Shown here one piece after another: positions 1 to 13,655 of a DNA stretch of 64,000 bases. Origin of the DNA: Camelus dromedarius (lineage: Eukaryota); contig NC_087436.1 in NCBI RefSeq assembly GCF_036321535.1, forward strand, positions 42,844,001 to 42,908,000, read 5' to 3'. A program made the translations under genes and the position numbers. The notes under the pieces are model-generated. The model saw only the letters and a program-made list of their open reading frames with translations, had not been told where the DNA came from and did not search any database. Each line of letters starts with the position of its first letter. Position 1 is the stretch's first letter.

Positions 1-1230
1 ACTGGGTGACTTGAATGACAGGTATTTCTTTTTATATGTGTTGACACTTGTACATGTGATGCAAAAGCAATAGTGGATAAAATTGCTGAGACCTTTGCCT
101 GAATCAGAGCAGTGGTATCAGACTGTACTATTGGACTCTGTATTTTTCAGCAACATGCACTCATAGACCCCCTCATCGCAAGAGCTCATTTCACTTCAGA
201 TTGTCCTTGATGAACCAATTAAAATTGTTACTGTTATTAAACCTTTGATCACACAACATTCTGCATGACTCAACAGGAAGAATGCAAAGAGCACCTCTAC
301 TCCACATCAGAGTACAATTATTAGCTCAAAGAACACTTGTACCTGCACATTTGAGGTTTGTTTGAGTTTGAAGATGAACTAGCTACTTCTTCATGAAAAA
401 CCATTTTTACTTGAAATAACTGAACAACTAGCTGTGATTATTCAGATTTAGGTTTTTGACATGCATTTTCTCAAAAATGAACAAAGTGATCCTGTCATTT
501 CAAGAACAACTGACAGCATTTATTGCTAATAACACAATTCTGGCTTTCAAACAAAATTGGAATTTTGGAAAACTTGTATCTGCCCACGAAACCTAGACTG
601 ATCCCTAAATTTAAAGAATGTTCCGATGAGATTAGTGGTGATATTAACAACTTACTTTTCTGATAGTGTATAATGAAACGTGGCAACATTTGCAAGAACT
701 ATATAACTTATTGAACTGATATTTTCCAAATGACCGCTGTGTCATGTTATAAAATTATGCCTCAGTAGAAGACTCCACGTGCAAGGAGGAGCAGTGGATT
801 TTAATGTGGCAGAGTAAAAATTTTATATTAGAAAATATAGTGTTGAAAATAAATTTGAAGTTCATAACTTCATTGATATGATTCATAAAGTTTATTAATA
901 AGGTTTCAGATTTCACATGGCAACTAACCTTTAAGAAACTACCATTTGTTGAGTTTTGGTATAATATTAAAGAATAACATGCACAATTATCTATTATAAT
1001 ACTTCCTTCTTGTCCAACTCTGTGTCCTTGTGAGTCAGATTGTCTTTATACACTTCACCCAAACAACATCTTGCAGCGTATTGAATATAGAAGCAGACAT
1101 AAGAATTCAGCTGTCCTCTATTAAGCCAGACTTCAAAGAGATTGCAAAAATGCAACAGTGTCACTTCTCACTTTTTTTTTTTTGGAAGGGGGAGAGGAAT
1201 ATAGTATTTTTCATGAAAAATATGTTACTA
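1..1230 (+). mobile_element. Charlie1-type hAT DNA transposon, decayed transposase C-terminal region
   Basis: Frameshifted hAT transposase remnants, e.g. LNIEADIRIQLSSIKPDFKEIAK in ORF 1030-1269, and ttggaattttggaaaacttgtatctg (LEFWKTCI-like). Confidence 0.85.
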
Positions 1231-1234
1231 TGCT

Positions 1235-2160
1235 GGTGTTGGAAAATCAGCATTTTGCTGCCATCATAATAAAGATTGGTTCAGGCAAGAATCATCACTG
1301 AATGCTAAACCTAGAGGGAAATTTTGATGAGGAACAGGATGTTTTCATGGTTTTCAAATATCTTCCCATATACTTACTAGTTACAGAGGAAAAAATTTTA
1401 AAACAATAATTATTTAGCAGGGAAATTTCACAGCACTTTGACCTGGTGATCCAAGCTATCACTTTTGAGGGGCAGTTGGACAATGTGTACCTCTAGATGT
1501 GACAGCCTGAGAAGGATAATGTGCTAGCTGAGAATGCATAGCCTCAGTCACATCACGAGGAAACACTTGACAAAACCAAAATGAGAAATATTCTTTTTAG
1601 GAAATAGACATGATGATATTCTTCAAAAATGTCAGGTCCTAAAAGACACAGGAAAATGATGGAAATATTCCAGATTAAAAGAGCAAAGGAGAAGTGACAA
1701 CTAAATGCCATATCTGACCCTAGACTGGAGCCTATATTAAAAGGAGAAAAATCCTACAAAGGACATTATTGTCTTCAATTGACAAAATTTGAGTAAGTGC
1801 GATAGATTAAAGTATTGTATCAATGTTAAATTTGCTAAAGTTGATAACTACTATGATTGTAAGAGAATATCACAATTCTTAGTAATATACACCGAAATGT
1901 TCAGGGTAACTTCCCTTCGAATGGTTCAAAAAAGTTATTTTAGGTATAAATATACATTTATATGTTTATATATACCTGTGTATCAATTAGATAAATATAT
2001 GTTTACAATTACATGAATTACAGGGAGGGAGAGAGCATAAATGATACAAAATGAGTAAAATATTAATGTAGCTGAATAAAGAGTACACAGGTGTTTTTTG
2101 TACTATTTAAATTTTCTGTAAGTTTCAATTGTTTTCAAATGAGAGTTTAAAAATTAAATG
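1235..2160 (+). mobile_element. Old L1 3' end (L1MC4/L1MC5-like) inserted in Charlie1
   Basis: Typical old-L1 3'UTR motifs (gtgacaactaaatgcc...tgaccctagactgg, tattgtatcaatgttaaatt) and an A-rich end (ttttctgtaagtttcaattgttttcaaa...aaaaatt). Confidence 0.75.
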
Positions 2161-2164
2161 TAGT

Positions 2165-2350
2165 GACTTATGTTAATGTAATGGGTTCATTGTTTTTAAG
2201 TGAATTAATATAAATTTACATTTTTTTCTCAGTTTTATTTCTAATAGAATAAACATTGAGAGATCTAATCCAGATAAAGGTTTTTTGAGGTCCCTGATAA
2301 TTCTCAAGAGTATTGAGGGGTTCTGAGACCACAGAGTTTGAGAACCATTA
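2165..2350 (+). mobile_element. Charlie1 3' terminus (continuation of 1-1230)
   Basis: ttatgttaatgtaatgggtt...ggggttctgagaccacagagtttgagaacca matches the Charlie1 end and TIR as I recall it. Confidence 0.8.
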
Positions 2351-2444
2351 GCATAAACTGTGTATGGGGTGGTTAGGTAGGTGTCCCCCTCATTCTCTAA
2401 AGACTGTTTCATGACAGTATTTAATGTGAGCAGATTTGGTAGAT

Positions 2445-2590
2445 GTCACTTACTAATTTTGTAATCTAGGGCAAGTCACTTAACCTCTGCCTGCCTTAGT
2501 TTTTGTATTTGTAAAATAGAGATAATAATATTGCCTATATTAGAGGGCTATTATAGGGTCTAAATCAAGTTCTGTATATAAACGCTTACA
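2445..2590 (+). mobile_element. MIR SINE
   Basis: Core ggcaagtcacttaacctctg...cttagtttttgtatttgtaaaatagagataataat. Confidence 0.8.
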
Positions 2591-3189
2591 ACTAAGGACC
2601 ACTCCATAGTTCTGTTCTTTTTGGCAACATGTGTTTCTCCTGTGTTCGTGCCTCTTTCTGCCATTGATTTTGTGTTTTGGGTAGTGCTTTTGGCTACAAT
2701 TATGTGTACAGGAACTACCATAAAGAAACCAAAGAAGAGTATCAGGTAGTTACAGTGGTCTACTCCCCTTCAAAGAAATGGTTAGGGAAACAGAAAAGGG
2801 TGGAGATGAGCAAGCAATTTAGGGTTTGGGGGAGTCCTTGGTATAAGGAAAAGCGTCACACGCCCAAGAAGCTGGACCAACAATTGTATGAAGAGGGGTT
2901 GATAGAAAATATGACGGGACAGGGAACACGTCATTGTTAAGGATAAACTGTAATTAACCCTGTTTAGCACTGGTTCCATTGGTGTTCCAATTGCCAGATA
3001 TATATCCTTTGCTTAAATGTGTGTCTATATTGGCTTCTTTAAGTTGTTATAACATGATATACATAGGGTAAAGAAAGAATACTATTCTTTGGTGCCATTT
3101 TCTCTTGTCCCCAGCCCACATCTAAATTCAGCTCTATTCTGTACCTCACTCTATCAAGCATCAAGTCAATAAAAAAAAAAGATAATTAG

Positions 3190-3468
<279 letters not shown>

Positions 3469-4337
3469 TAATTAGATTTTTGTGTTCTGTATTTTTTGGT
3501 CACAATTAAAACTGTTAACTTAATAATCTAGAATATTTTCAAATAGGTTCCTGACTTTGTTCTTTGTTACATTAGATTCTTCAGAGTTTTTCAAAAGTTT
3601 TTCAAAAAATAGCAGATCTTTCATAAGAATGGTTTAAAGATATAAGGCATCATTGGTTGAATAGTGCTTTTTTGTGTCTAAGGATTGTCAGCTGCTGCTA
3701 CTGAAATATGGAGAGACAGAACTTCTGCCATTATGTTAGTCAGCTGCTACTTTTCATCTATCCTATTAAGTGTTTACTTCATAATTATTGATTCTCTTCC
3801 AGAAGCCAGTAAAAATATTTTGGAATATTTTCCCTCATGAATTATAAAATAGCATGATAATGTTCAAAATTTTAAAACATTGATAAATGTAAGAGAAATT
3901 GAAGAAAGAATCAGAGGAAAAGAAAATGCCATATTTTGTGACAATAATTTTGATTATTTTGGAAAAATGTTACTGTCCCAGGTCTGTCTGTTTTATTGGC
4001 AATCAAAGTTTTCTGATGTAAAAGGAAGTAAAGGAGTGCTAGTGCAGTAGAATTAGCAAAATCATTGACAAAGATTTATAGTTCTTTATTTTTATGTATA
4101 GAGCCATTCAGTTTCTATTCCTGCCTTGAAGTTTTTAGTGTCCTGCATTTTGTAGGCACTTTTTAGGTTCTTAAGTGAATAAGTAAGCACAACCATGTTA
4201 CTCTAAAGCATTAACAAACTAGCAGCTGTCTAAAGGGAACCTTCTGGTTTGTAGAGAGAACAAAACAACTCTGAAATGCAGATCTGCCTCTACTAGTATT
4301 TTATCCTGATAAAAGTCTGTGGCATTTCTTGGTTGGC

Positions 4338-4716
4338 TGTATTCTTTTGCTAGGGCTACTGTAGCAAAGTACCATAGATTGGGTAGCTTAAACAGAGAAA
4401 TGTTTCCACAATTGTGAGAAAACAGAAGTTTGAGAGCAAGGTATGGGAAGTGTTGATTTCTTCTGAGGCCTCTCTTCTTGGCTTGTAGATGGCTGTCTTC
4501 TTGTGTTTTCACTTGGTCTTCCCTTTATATGCTGTCTCTGTTGTGATTTCTTCTTATATAAGGACACTAATAATAATTGGATTAGGATCTACCCTAATGA
4601 CCTCATTTAACTTAATTACTCTTATAAAAACCCTACCTCCAATATAGTCCTATTCTGAGGGCACTGGGAGTTGGGATTTCAACATGAATTTTGGAGGGAC
4701 ATAGTTCAGTCCGTAA
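4338..4716 (-). mobile_element. MaLR solo LTR (MLT1A/B-like)
   Basis: tgtattc...ctagggctactgtagcaaagtaccatagattgggtagctt...atgaattttggagggacatagttcagtccgtaa, ~380 bp. Confidence 0.88.
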
Positions 4717-5334
4717 TGTTGGCTAAAGAAAAATTATACACTATGACCCACTGTATAGTTCAAAGAGTACTTTGCTTGCTTAGGTTTAAGATAAAATGAA
4801 ATCTTTGTTTACTGAACTTGTTATTCTTATGAAGGAGAGTGGGTTTTTTGCTTGTTTTGTTTTTAATCAGGATCCTTCTATGAAACTCAGTTTTTGTAGA
4901 TAATGAAACTAGTTGCCTCCATTTCCTCTAGCGGACCAAAGTTAACCCAAAGACGCCCCAACTAAATCAAGAATGATTTTCATTTTGACACCCTATGCAA
5001 AATAACTTTACCAAAAAAAGGGGAAGTTGTACACTGGGAAAAATTCTAAGGTTTTATGACATAGCACCGTCAACACATTCTGACACAACAGAGAATAATT
5101 TTAGGGGTGCATATCTATCGAGGTCATAACTCCTTGGTCACCTCGCTTGAGATTTTCTTCTCTCTCTCAAGATGTTTCAGGAGCACAAAAGCAACTGTGG
5201 AAATTTCAGGTCTTTGAACTCTCGGACCCTTTCTAACAGAAGAGATTTCTCTGTACTTCAGAGTATAAGTCACAGCTAGATTAAACTTCCAAGATACAAT
5301 CTCAAAAATCGTGACAGTGGCAGATTCACTCATA

Positions 5335-5885
5335 TTATTCATTCATTCAACAAATGAATATTCTGGGAATACAGTGGGAACACAGAGAGCAATATTCCTG
5401 CCCCCATGGAGCTGGCATTGTTGGGGTAGATAGACAGTAAATGAAGTAGAGGCTGTTAGATTGTGATAATTACCAGGAGAGAAAGAAAGCAGGGAAAGGA
5501 AATTGAGTGTATTGGGGGATTATGTTTTAAATAATTGGTCAGGATGACTTTATTGAGAATGAAATTTGAGTGAAAACCTAAAAGACAAGAGGAAGCCAGG
5601 AACAAACCATTGTGGAAGAGCTCAGGGAGAAAGGGTTGCAGGCAGAGGGAGCTTCCTGTGTTAGGGGAGGAGTACAGGGATCTGCCTGTGACCTGCCCTG
5701 GGTGAAGGCGAGTCAGATGACCTGAGATGAGTCAGAAGGGGAAGTAAATAAGGCTATGTAGGGCTTTATAAACCAAGTTAGAGCGTTTGGGTTTCACTCC
5801 GAGTGCAGTGGGAAGTCAGGAAGCAAGAAGATTGTGTCACAGTCTGATTTACTGTGTCTGCTGTGTGTGAAATGGATTGTAGTCA
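5335..5885 (-). mobile_element. L2 LINE 3' end
   Basis: attcattcattcaacaaat tail; cctgcccccatggagctggcatt; gggtttcactccgagtgcagtgggaagtc. Confidence 0.8.
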
Positions 5886-7284
5886 CGTGAGCAGAGTCAG
5901 GGCTCATAGTGCTCCACCAGTTCATCAGAATCTAGTTTTTATCACTCACTCTAATGCCCTTGGCTCCATCTTCTTGGGTAAGAATTTCAATAGCTCCAGG
6001 GGGCTCTCTCTTCCGTGCGGTCCACGTGGTCTGTGAAAAGTGCTGTGCATCTTTTGGCTCAACAAATTTGGAAGTGCAGGCAGTTTCCTGAGGTGCGTCT
6101 GTTAATTAGCTTGTTTTTGATCATTATATTTATCTTTAATTTTAATAAAATGGCTTATTTTCCCTTGAAGTATAAACACATTTGTGGTAGACCAAACAGT
6201 TTGAACTGTATGTCAGCATATTTACTAAAGGGAAAACACCTTTAAGGTAGTGAAATTAAAGTAATAGCCAAATTGTTTTCAAAATTATTCTGCGTTTCCA
6301 TTATTTCCATTATTTTTCCATTGTTTTCAAATTATTCTGCTTGATCTTTGATAATCATTATTACTGAGGAATTGAAAGCTATGGTAAAAGCCAAATAGCT
6401 AAAAACAGTAAGGAACAACCAGGAAGATGGCAAAACACTCATTTAATTCAACTATGTAAATCTGAGAACAGTTCGACTAGGAAAAGAAGAGAGAGACTAT
6501 CAAGAGCTTTGACCTGATGCATTTGATGTCCTAAGTGAGAAAATACCTACTTACCCTTTATTTTCGAGATCAGTATTTGAGACAACTTTGCAGTTGGTGG
6601 TATGAAAAATTTTGTTACTGGGTTATCCCATTCTCTAAAGACCTGAATTTACACTTTGTGTAAACTTTGGAAAGACCAAGACAATTTTTTGAAAGTTTGA
6701 AGAAACATTTATATTTGCAGAAGATCAGTTACCACCTTTTCAGGGTGAGCCTTTACTAATAAGGTTCAGTGAATCTCAGTAGCTAGAAAACCAAAGGAAG
6801 GGCTCTGTGGCCTTGAAATCTAGTCTGTATTAGAGTCCCAGGATTCCTTGTACAACGAATTCACCTTCTTGGTATCTTATCATATCTCTTAATGATTACA
6901 GCCTTTCTACCCCCTCTCAGCCACTATCCCAAAACACATAAACACCATCACTCATATATTATTATAAGGTGCAGTAGAAAATTAAAGACATAGTATTTAC
7001 TGGAAAACTCTGTAGACTTGGTTGACTCCCCCTTTATTCTGCTTCTGACACTGATCTGTGAACTACTGAAGCACATCCCATGTGCTCATTAACTTCTGGC
7101 TATTCTCTTTGTAAAGCAGAGAAAGTACCAACTATTTTATTTCCTTCTGAGAGGTATTAGAGAATCAAATAATACATCTTATCTTGGTGAGGAATTAAAC
7201 TTTGGAAGATATTTAATGTAAATAAACAACTGAATAAATTATTATGGAGCATTACTTACAAAGTACTACATAATTAATCATTTC

Positions 7285-7615
7285 TTATTTTTTTTTAAAT
7301 TATAGTTGATTTAGAATATTATGTAACTTTGAAGTGTACAACATAGTGACTTACTATTTGAAGGTTATACTCCATTTGTAATTATTATAAAATATTGGCT
7401 ATATTTCCCGTGTTTTACAATATATCCTTGCAGCTTATTTATTTTATTTGTGGTAGTTTGTTCCTCTTAATCTGCTACCCCTGTCATGCTTCCTCCTCCT
7501 CCCAACTTCCCATTGGTAACCACTAGTTTGTTCTCTATATTTGTGAGTCTGTTTCTGTCTTGTTATATTCACTAGTTTGTTTCATTTTTTAGATTTCTAC
7601 ATATAAGTGATATTT
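7285..7615 (-). mobile_element. 5'-truncated L1 3' end (laurasiatherian type)
   Basis: Poly-T head, then gtgtacaacatagtgac...ttggtaaccactagtttgttctctatatttgtgagtctgtttctg...ttagatttctacatataagtgata. Confidence 0.88.
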
Positions 7616-10354
7616 TACACTTAATTAGTCAAAGTTCTTAATGTTTAGTGCTTTCTTCCTGAGAGATATATACTCGGTAGTGGGAAAATATATTTTAGAA
7701 ACTGTTATGTATTATATATATATGATATATACTGTCTATATGTAGTATTGTATATAATATATTATGTATAATCAGAATCATATTGCAAGACGAGATTTCG
7801 TAGATTATTTAGTACAAACTCTTAATTTTTTTGTTTTAGTAATTAAAGAAACTAAACTTTTCCAAATCTCTGTGATTGATCCAAAGTCACAATTCTTCAA
7901 TGACACTGCCAAACCTAAATTCTTCATACCTTCTATATAATGAGGTAGTGATGTTTAGGGAACTTGACTTGCAACAGCAAGGTTGAAAAGACATTGGTAT
8001 TCATGCTCCCTTTCGAGGAGAATTTTATTTTGAAGTTGTTTTTGATTCAAATCAGTCCTTCCCTTATATAGGATAAACATTAAGTTAAAAACTACTAATA
8101 CTAATACCAGAAAAGGAAACTTTGTAAGCTTTAGAGAGCATAAGTAATACATTATATATTAACCCTAATGTGGAACCATTATCTTTCAGAAAAATGCTCC
8201 GATTGAACAAGTTTTATAGTTTGACATGTATATATAATACATGAAATTACATACACTGACAGGTTGAGATTAAAGAATATATGTAAAGGCTTTACTTTCT
8301 ATATAAGCAGTTTTCCCATGCCTGTGAGTGATAATTTATGGCATATGGATTTATATAATTTCCTTTTCCTAAAATATAAAACTGGAAGAGCCCTTGGGAA
8401 TTATCTAAGCCTGACATAGATTCTACAGCTAGAGATTGGAGGTGTCAGTAGAGAAGTAATATGCCCAAGTCCCATACAGACCTCCAAAGAGATGAAAAAT
8501 GCACAACCTGCTTATTACCTCATTTTACATGTACGGTCTCTTCTTTTACCTGATCTTGGAGGCAGGTGTCATACTGTAGAGGTAATCTTTGAACCTCAAT
8601 TTTATTTTATTTTTTAAGAAATGGAAAATTTTACTCAAGCCAAACTTGAGGATTATAACCTGGGAACAGCATGTCAGAAAGCTCTGAGAACTGTTCCTGA
8701 AGCTCAGTTTTAGATCTCCCTGGTCTTTGCAGAAATTTCTTGAATCAAATGTCATCCCTCTGTTTTTCATGAGACAAAATTCACAGTCATTTTTGTTTTT
8801 TCTTTTGTTTTTAACAAAATTTTACCATTTTGTTACACTCTGCATGCAGTCCTCTTACAGGTTCCTAGAATTTAGAAGGAAACCAATCCAATCACATTGT
8901 ATGAGCTAAAACTCAGAAATGTTAATCTTAAATATTCCCAGTAGTTATCAAATGATTAAATTGCCTTAAATGGCTGTTGCTACAAGATTTCAGTTTTGAA
9001 CCCTTTGAAAGAAAGAGTCACATGGGAAAGAACAGCTAGTGTAAGTAAATGTTAATTGATGTCCTGAGAAAACAAAATTAATGTTTTTATGAATGACAGA
9101 CAAAAGTCTTTTTCAGCGTTGTGAGAAATTCAGCATTTCAAGAATGATGCTTAAACAGTTTTTCTCTGTGACCTTTTCCATTACTGACAGTTTTACCCAA
9201 TATTCATAATAATTTTTAATTACACAGGAATATGTAATATTTGTTAAACAATTTTCCCCAGTGATTCTGCAACAAATAAAAGGTAATTTAGCACTATTCA
9301 GTAGTAAATAGCAAAGTATTCTTGTTTTATGTTCACATTTTAATTAAATCTCACCTCATTTTGTTGATTATTTGGTGTGAAGGCTAAATTGCTTCTTAGG
9401 ATATCTCACTGTCTGCAGAATTGATTATCCTTTTCTAACAAATGTGAGAAAATATCACAGATTTCTTTTCTCCCAACAAGTAAATATTTTCAAAAATAGT
9501 CATCTATTCTAGCTTTTTCTTTTTTCTTTTGTTCGTTTAATATGGTGCCAGTCATGTACCCTTTACAATTCTTGGTGGAAAGTTAAATTCATAATCTTTA
9601 AGTAAACAACTTATTTAGTAGAAAGATAAAATATGGGTGTAAAAACTGTAAGTTCAAGATAATATTTTAAATTCTCTTTTAATTGGTGAGTTTGGATCTG
9701 AGTACATTTGTTATTGGTTCCTTTATAAATTTTTTTTTTCATATCAAATGAAAAAGTCAGTTTCTGAGTTACATTATAAGTAGGTGGATTTTACGTGAAA
9801 TTAATAGAGAAAAATGATCCTATAACAAAGGACAGTTTGTGGTTTAGACTTACTGGATAATGCATAATGTTGACTTGAGTGTATCGCCTGATTTTTATGC
9901 TAAACCTATTTGGTTTCCATTTTGTTTTGTCTTCCCTAGTTTCAGGGTGGAATTCTCTAACAGAGTATTTCAAGTTTATAATAGTTTCTTGGCCTCAGGA
10001 GTAAGCCCTTAACTAAAACTTGAAAGGAAAATAATTCTAAACATTACTAGCACCTTTTTCTTTCTTTGCTTTCTTTCTTTATTAGGGCTTGAGTTATATG
10101 GAGTGTCCTCCCCACTCCCTGATCTCACCATGCGCAAGAACAGCTCATGTAGCCAGGAAGCTGTGAAAAGAGCTCAGGAATCTTTTAAGTTGCTTAAAAA
10201 TCATTGCTCTTTTCCGTTAGTACTGTTAGCTTTGATAATAAAAATACATTTACATGTAGTAAGCTATTGTGTTAAGATTTGAAAATGGGCTACATAAAAG
10301 AAGAAAAATTAGGTTGAAATTCCAATGAATTTTGTCACTAGAATTAATAACAAG

Positions 10355-10580
10355 ACTGTTACTGTGTTATCAGGCAGTGGACTAAGTGCTTCCCACGCAT
10401 ACCGTCTTTGAATCCTCAATACAAACAAATGCCGTTCTTATCTCCATTTTACAGACCACGAATCTAAAGCCCAAGGAGATTACACAATGAACCCAAGTCA
10501 AACAGCTAGTAAGTGGTCTAGCTGGGACCTGCACATTCTAGGATCAGTCCATGCTCTTCAGTGTACACTCTGTTGCCTCC
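10355..10580 (-). mobile_element. MIR SINE
   Basis: tctccattttacaga...aagtcaaacagctagtaagtgg. Confidence 0.75.
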
Positions 10581-10805
10581 AGTTACTGTGTAACTGGATT
10601 ACTCGCATTGTTTAGTAAGTAGAGAAAATAATCTAAAAATTTTATCAAGATTGGTTAAAATAACAGTAGACTGACATCCTTTCCTAGAGGTATTACATAA
10701 TTTTACTATTTATCTTTAGTCTTTACTGCAGAGGGTTAATATCAGCATGAGATTATTGAAACACTGATAGCAAATACAGATACTATAGAACTAATTCTGT
10801 TTTTT

Positions 10806-11397
10806 TAATGCTTTTTTTTTATTGGAGTATAGTCTGTTACAATGTATCAGTCTCTGGTGTACAGCACAGTGTCCCAGTCATACATACATGTATTCATTGT
10901 CATACTCTTTTTCATTAACGGTTATTACAAGATACTGAATATAGTTCCCTGTGCTATACAAAAGAAATTTGTTTTTTTAAAATCTATTTTTATATACAGT
11001 AGTTAATATTTGCAAATCTCAAGCTCTCAAATTTATCCCTTCCTAGGTACCCTCTTTCCCCCTGGTAACCATAAGATTGTTTACTGTGTCTGTGAGTATG
11101 TTTCTGTTTTGCAGATGAGTCCATTAGTGTCTTCTTTTTTCTTTTCTTAGATTCCACATGAGTGATATCATATGGTATTTTTATTTCTCTTTTTGGCTTA
11201 CTTCACTTAGAATGTTGATCTCCAGGTCCATCCATCTTACTGCAAATGGCATTATTTTATTCTTTCTTATGTCTCAGTAGTATTCCATCTTATATGTATA
11301 TACTACTTCTTTATCCAGTCCTCTGTCAGTGTACATTTAGGTTGTTTCCATGTCTTGGCTATTGCATATAGTGCTGCTATGAACATTGGGGTGCATG
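10806..11397 (-). mobile_element. 5'-truncated L1 (3'UTR plus ORF2 C-terminus) with imperfect TSD
   Basis: Poly-T, L1 3'UTR and ORF2 end (ttagattccacatgagtgatatcatatgg...gtgctgctatgaacattggggtgcatg). Flanks are taattctgtttt (from 10792) and taattctatttt|aa (from 11398), a TTTT/AA endonuclease site. Confidence 0.92.
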
Positions 11398-13655
11398 TAA
11401 TTCTATTTTAATGATAATGATTTTTAGTATCTTAAAAGATTTTTCACTAAGTGGTCACATCTGACCCTGAATTAATTATTTACTTGCTAGACAAGACGGT
11501 CTTTTACTCTCTTCTCTTATTGATAAAGAAAATGATTGAAATATTTGTCAGAAAACAATGAAGATTAAGGAAACAAACCAACAACAGCAATTAACGTGAT
11601 GTGTAATATGACAAAACAAACTTTATAAACTATTCTTTAAACTGCAGAAAAAGAATCAGGACAGAATACTTTTGGAATGTGAATTCTACTATCAGATGAA
11701 CCCTCAGGTGGGCAAATATTTTTAAAACAACCGTTATTGCTCATAGAGTACGTACAGGAGTACAGTTAAGAGTTTTGAAATAACTTTTGAAAGTGCAATT
11801 TAGAGTTTAATTGTAACATTTATTTCTAGCCTTTTATAATGCTTGCTGTGGTTTAGTTTGGTAGAAAAGTTGTCACTTTAGGAATAGTAGCTCTATGTTC
11901 CTATTATTTATATATTTGAAACCAGGAATTTGTTTTCTTTAAAAATGTCCCAAAGGTAGAAGTGTTTGCTCTTTTAATTTGATCTATAGTGCATCTGCTT
12001 AACAAAAACAATCCCGGATCTGATGAACTTGCCATGGAGAGATGATTTTGTCAGACTATTGTTTGATATATTAATTTTGTTGATTATTTAGTTTAAAAGG
12101 CTAATGGACTGTGTTGAAGGAAAGGAAATAGATACATACAGTAATATAACTTGAATTCTTCTCTTAAAATATTTTTTAGCATTTTGTATTTCAGTGGTCA
12201 TAATATTTTCTATGAAATGACAGAAATATTAAATGAGAAGATTTTGTTCACATTATTGAAGTTCAGTAGTTCATTGTTCAAAGATTACTTTCAATTTTCA
12301 ATAATGGATATACTGTGTAAGTGTTTTAACCAATGGCTTAGACTAAGAAGAAAAATTTCTGTAGCCTACAAAGCTAATCTCCAAGGAAGATGGCAATAAT
12401 TTTTGTAAGTCCATTGTTTTGATGTATAGGAAGTTTTGTATTTCGTCCATTCTGTTCAGAAAATGAATAATTTTACTCATGAATATTCAATTTGAATCTT
12501 ACATTATGTAAACAGTTCCCTTGTAAGGATACTCATAATTGAGCCCCTTGAATATCAGTGGTTTGCATGTTCAGATGAATTTGGGTTAGATTATTTGTAA
12601 AAGCAAACAAACAGAAAAACCCCAAAGAATGTTTTGTTAATCTATTTTTTAAGAGCAAATCTCTTAACTTTAAAAATTGAAGTGGTGAAATAGTTTTTTA
12701 CATTTTGATTAGCTCTGAAAATATTTCTCAAAAACCATTTAAAAATATTACAAAAAAATAGCGATTTGATTTCTTTCCATCTGTCATTTCCTTCTAATTT
12801 CTTAAATAATCATTACAAATTGTTTTTGTTATTTATTTTTACATTTTTTCATCAAGTAATAGTTATTTTACAATGTTGTGTCAAATTCTAGCATAGAGCA
12901 CAATTTTTCAGTCATACATGAGTATGTATATATTCATTGTCACTTTTTTTTTTGCTATGAGCTACCACAAGATCTTGTATGTTTTTCCCTGTGCTATACA
13001 GTATAATCTTGTTTATCTATTCTGCATTTTAAAATTCCAGTCTGTCCCTTCCCACCGCCCGCCCCCTTGGCAACCACAAGTTTGTATTCTATGTCTATGA
13101 GTCTGTTTCTGTTTTGTATTTATTTATTTTATTTATTTATAATTTTAGATTCCTCATATAAGCGATCTCATATGGTATTTTTTTTCTCTTTCTGGCTTAC
13201 TTCAGTTTCAATGACATTCTCCAGGAACATCTATGTTGCTGCAAATGGTGTTATGTTGTTGGTTTTTGTGGCTGAATAGTATTTCATCGTATAAGTATAC
13301 CGCCGCTTCCTTATTCAGTCATCTGTTGATGGACATCTAGGCTGCTTCCATGTCTTGGCTATTGTAAATAGTGCTGCTATGAGCATTGGGGTGCAGGTGT
13401 CATTTCGAAGAAGGGTTCCTTCTGGATATGTGCTCAGGAGCAGGATTCCTGGGTCCTATGCTAAGTCTATTCCTAGTCTTTTGAGGAATCTCCATACTGT
13501 TTTCCACAGTAGCTTTCCTTGCTTCCCTCTCCCAGTGTTAATGATTTAGATGTCCTCTTTTACAATTTTGTGTTTATTCTTTTTGTAATTCATGGCAGTT
13601 ATTTCCTTTCCAGTTATGAGTGTCTCATTTTTGTAGCATCCTGCTTCTTTTCCAT

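Noticed and set aside
1..1270. Domesticated hAT transposase gene (ZBED/SCAND-like)
   Set aside because: Multiple stops and frameshifts, with the transposon terminus retained, indicate a neutral Charlie1 fossil.
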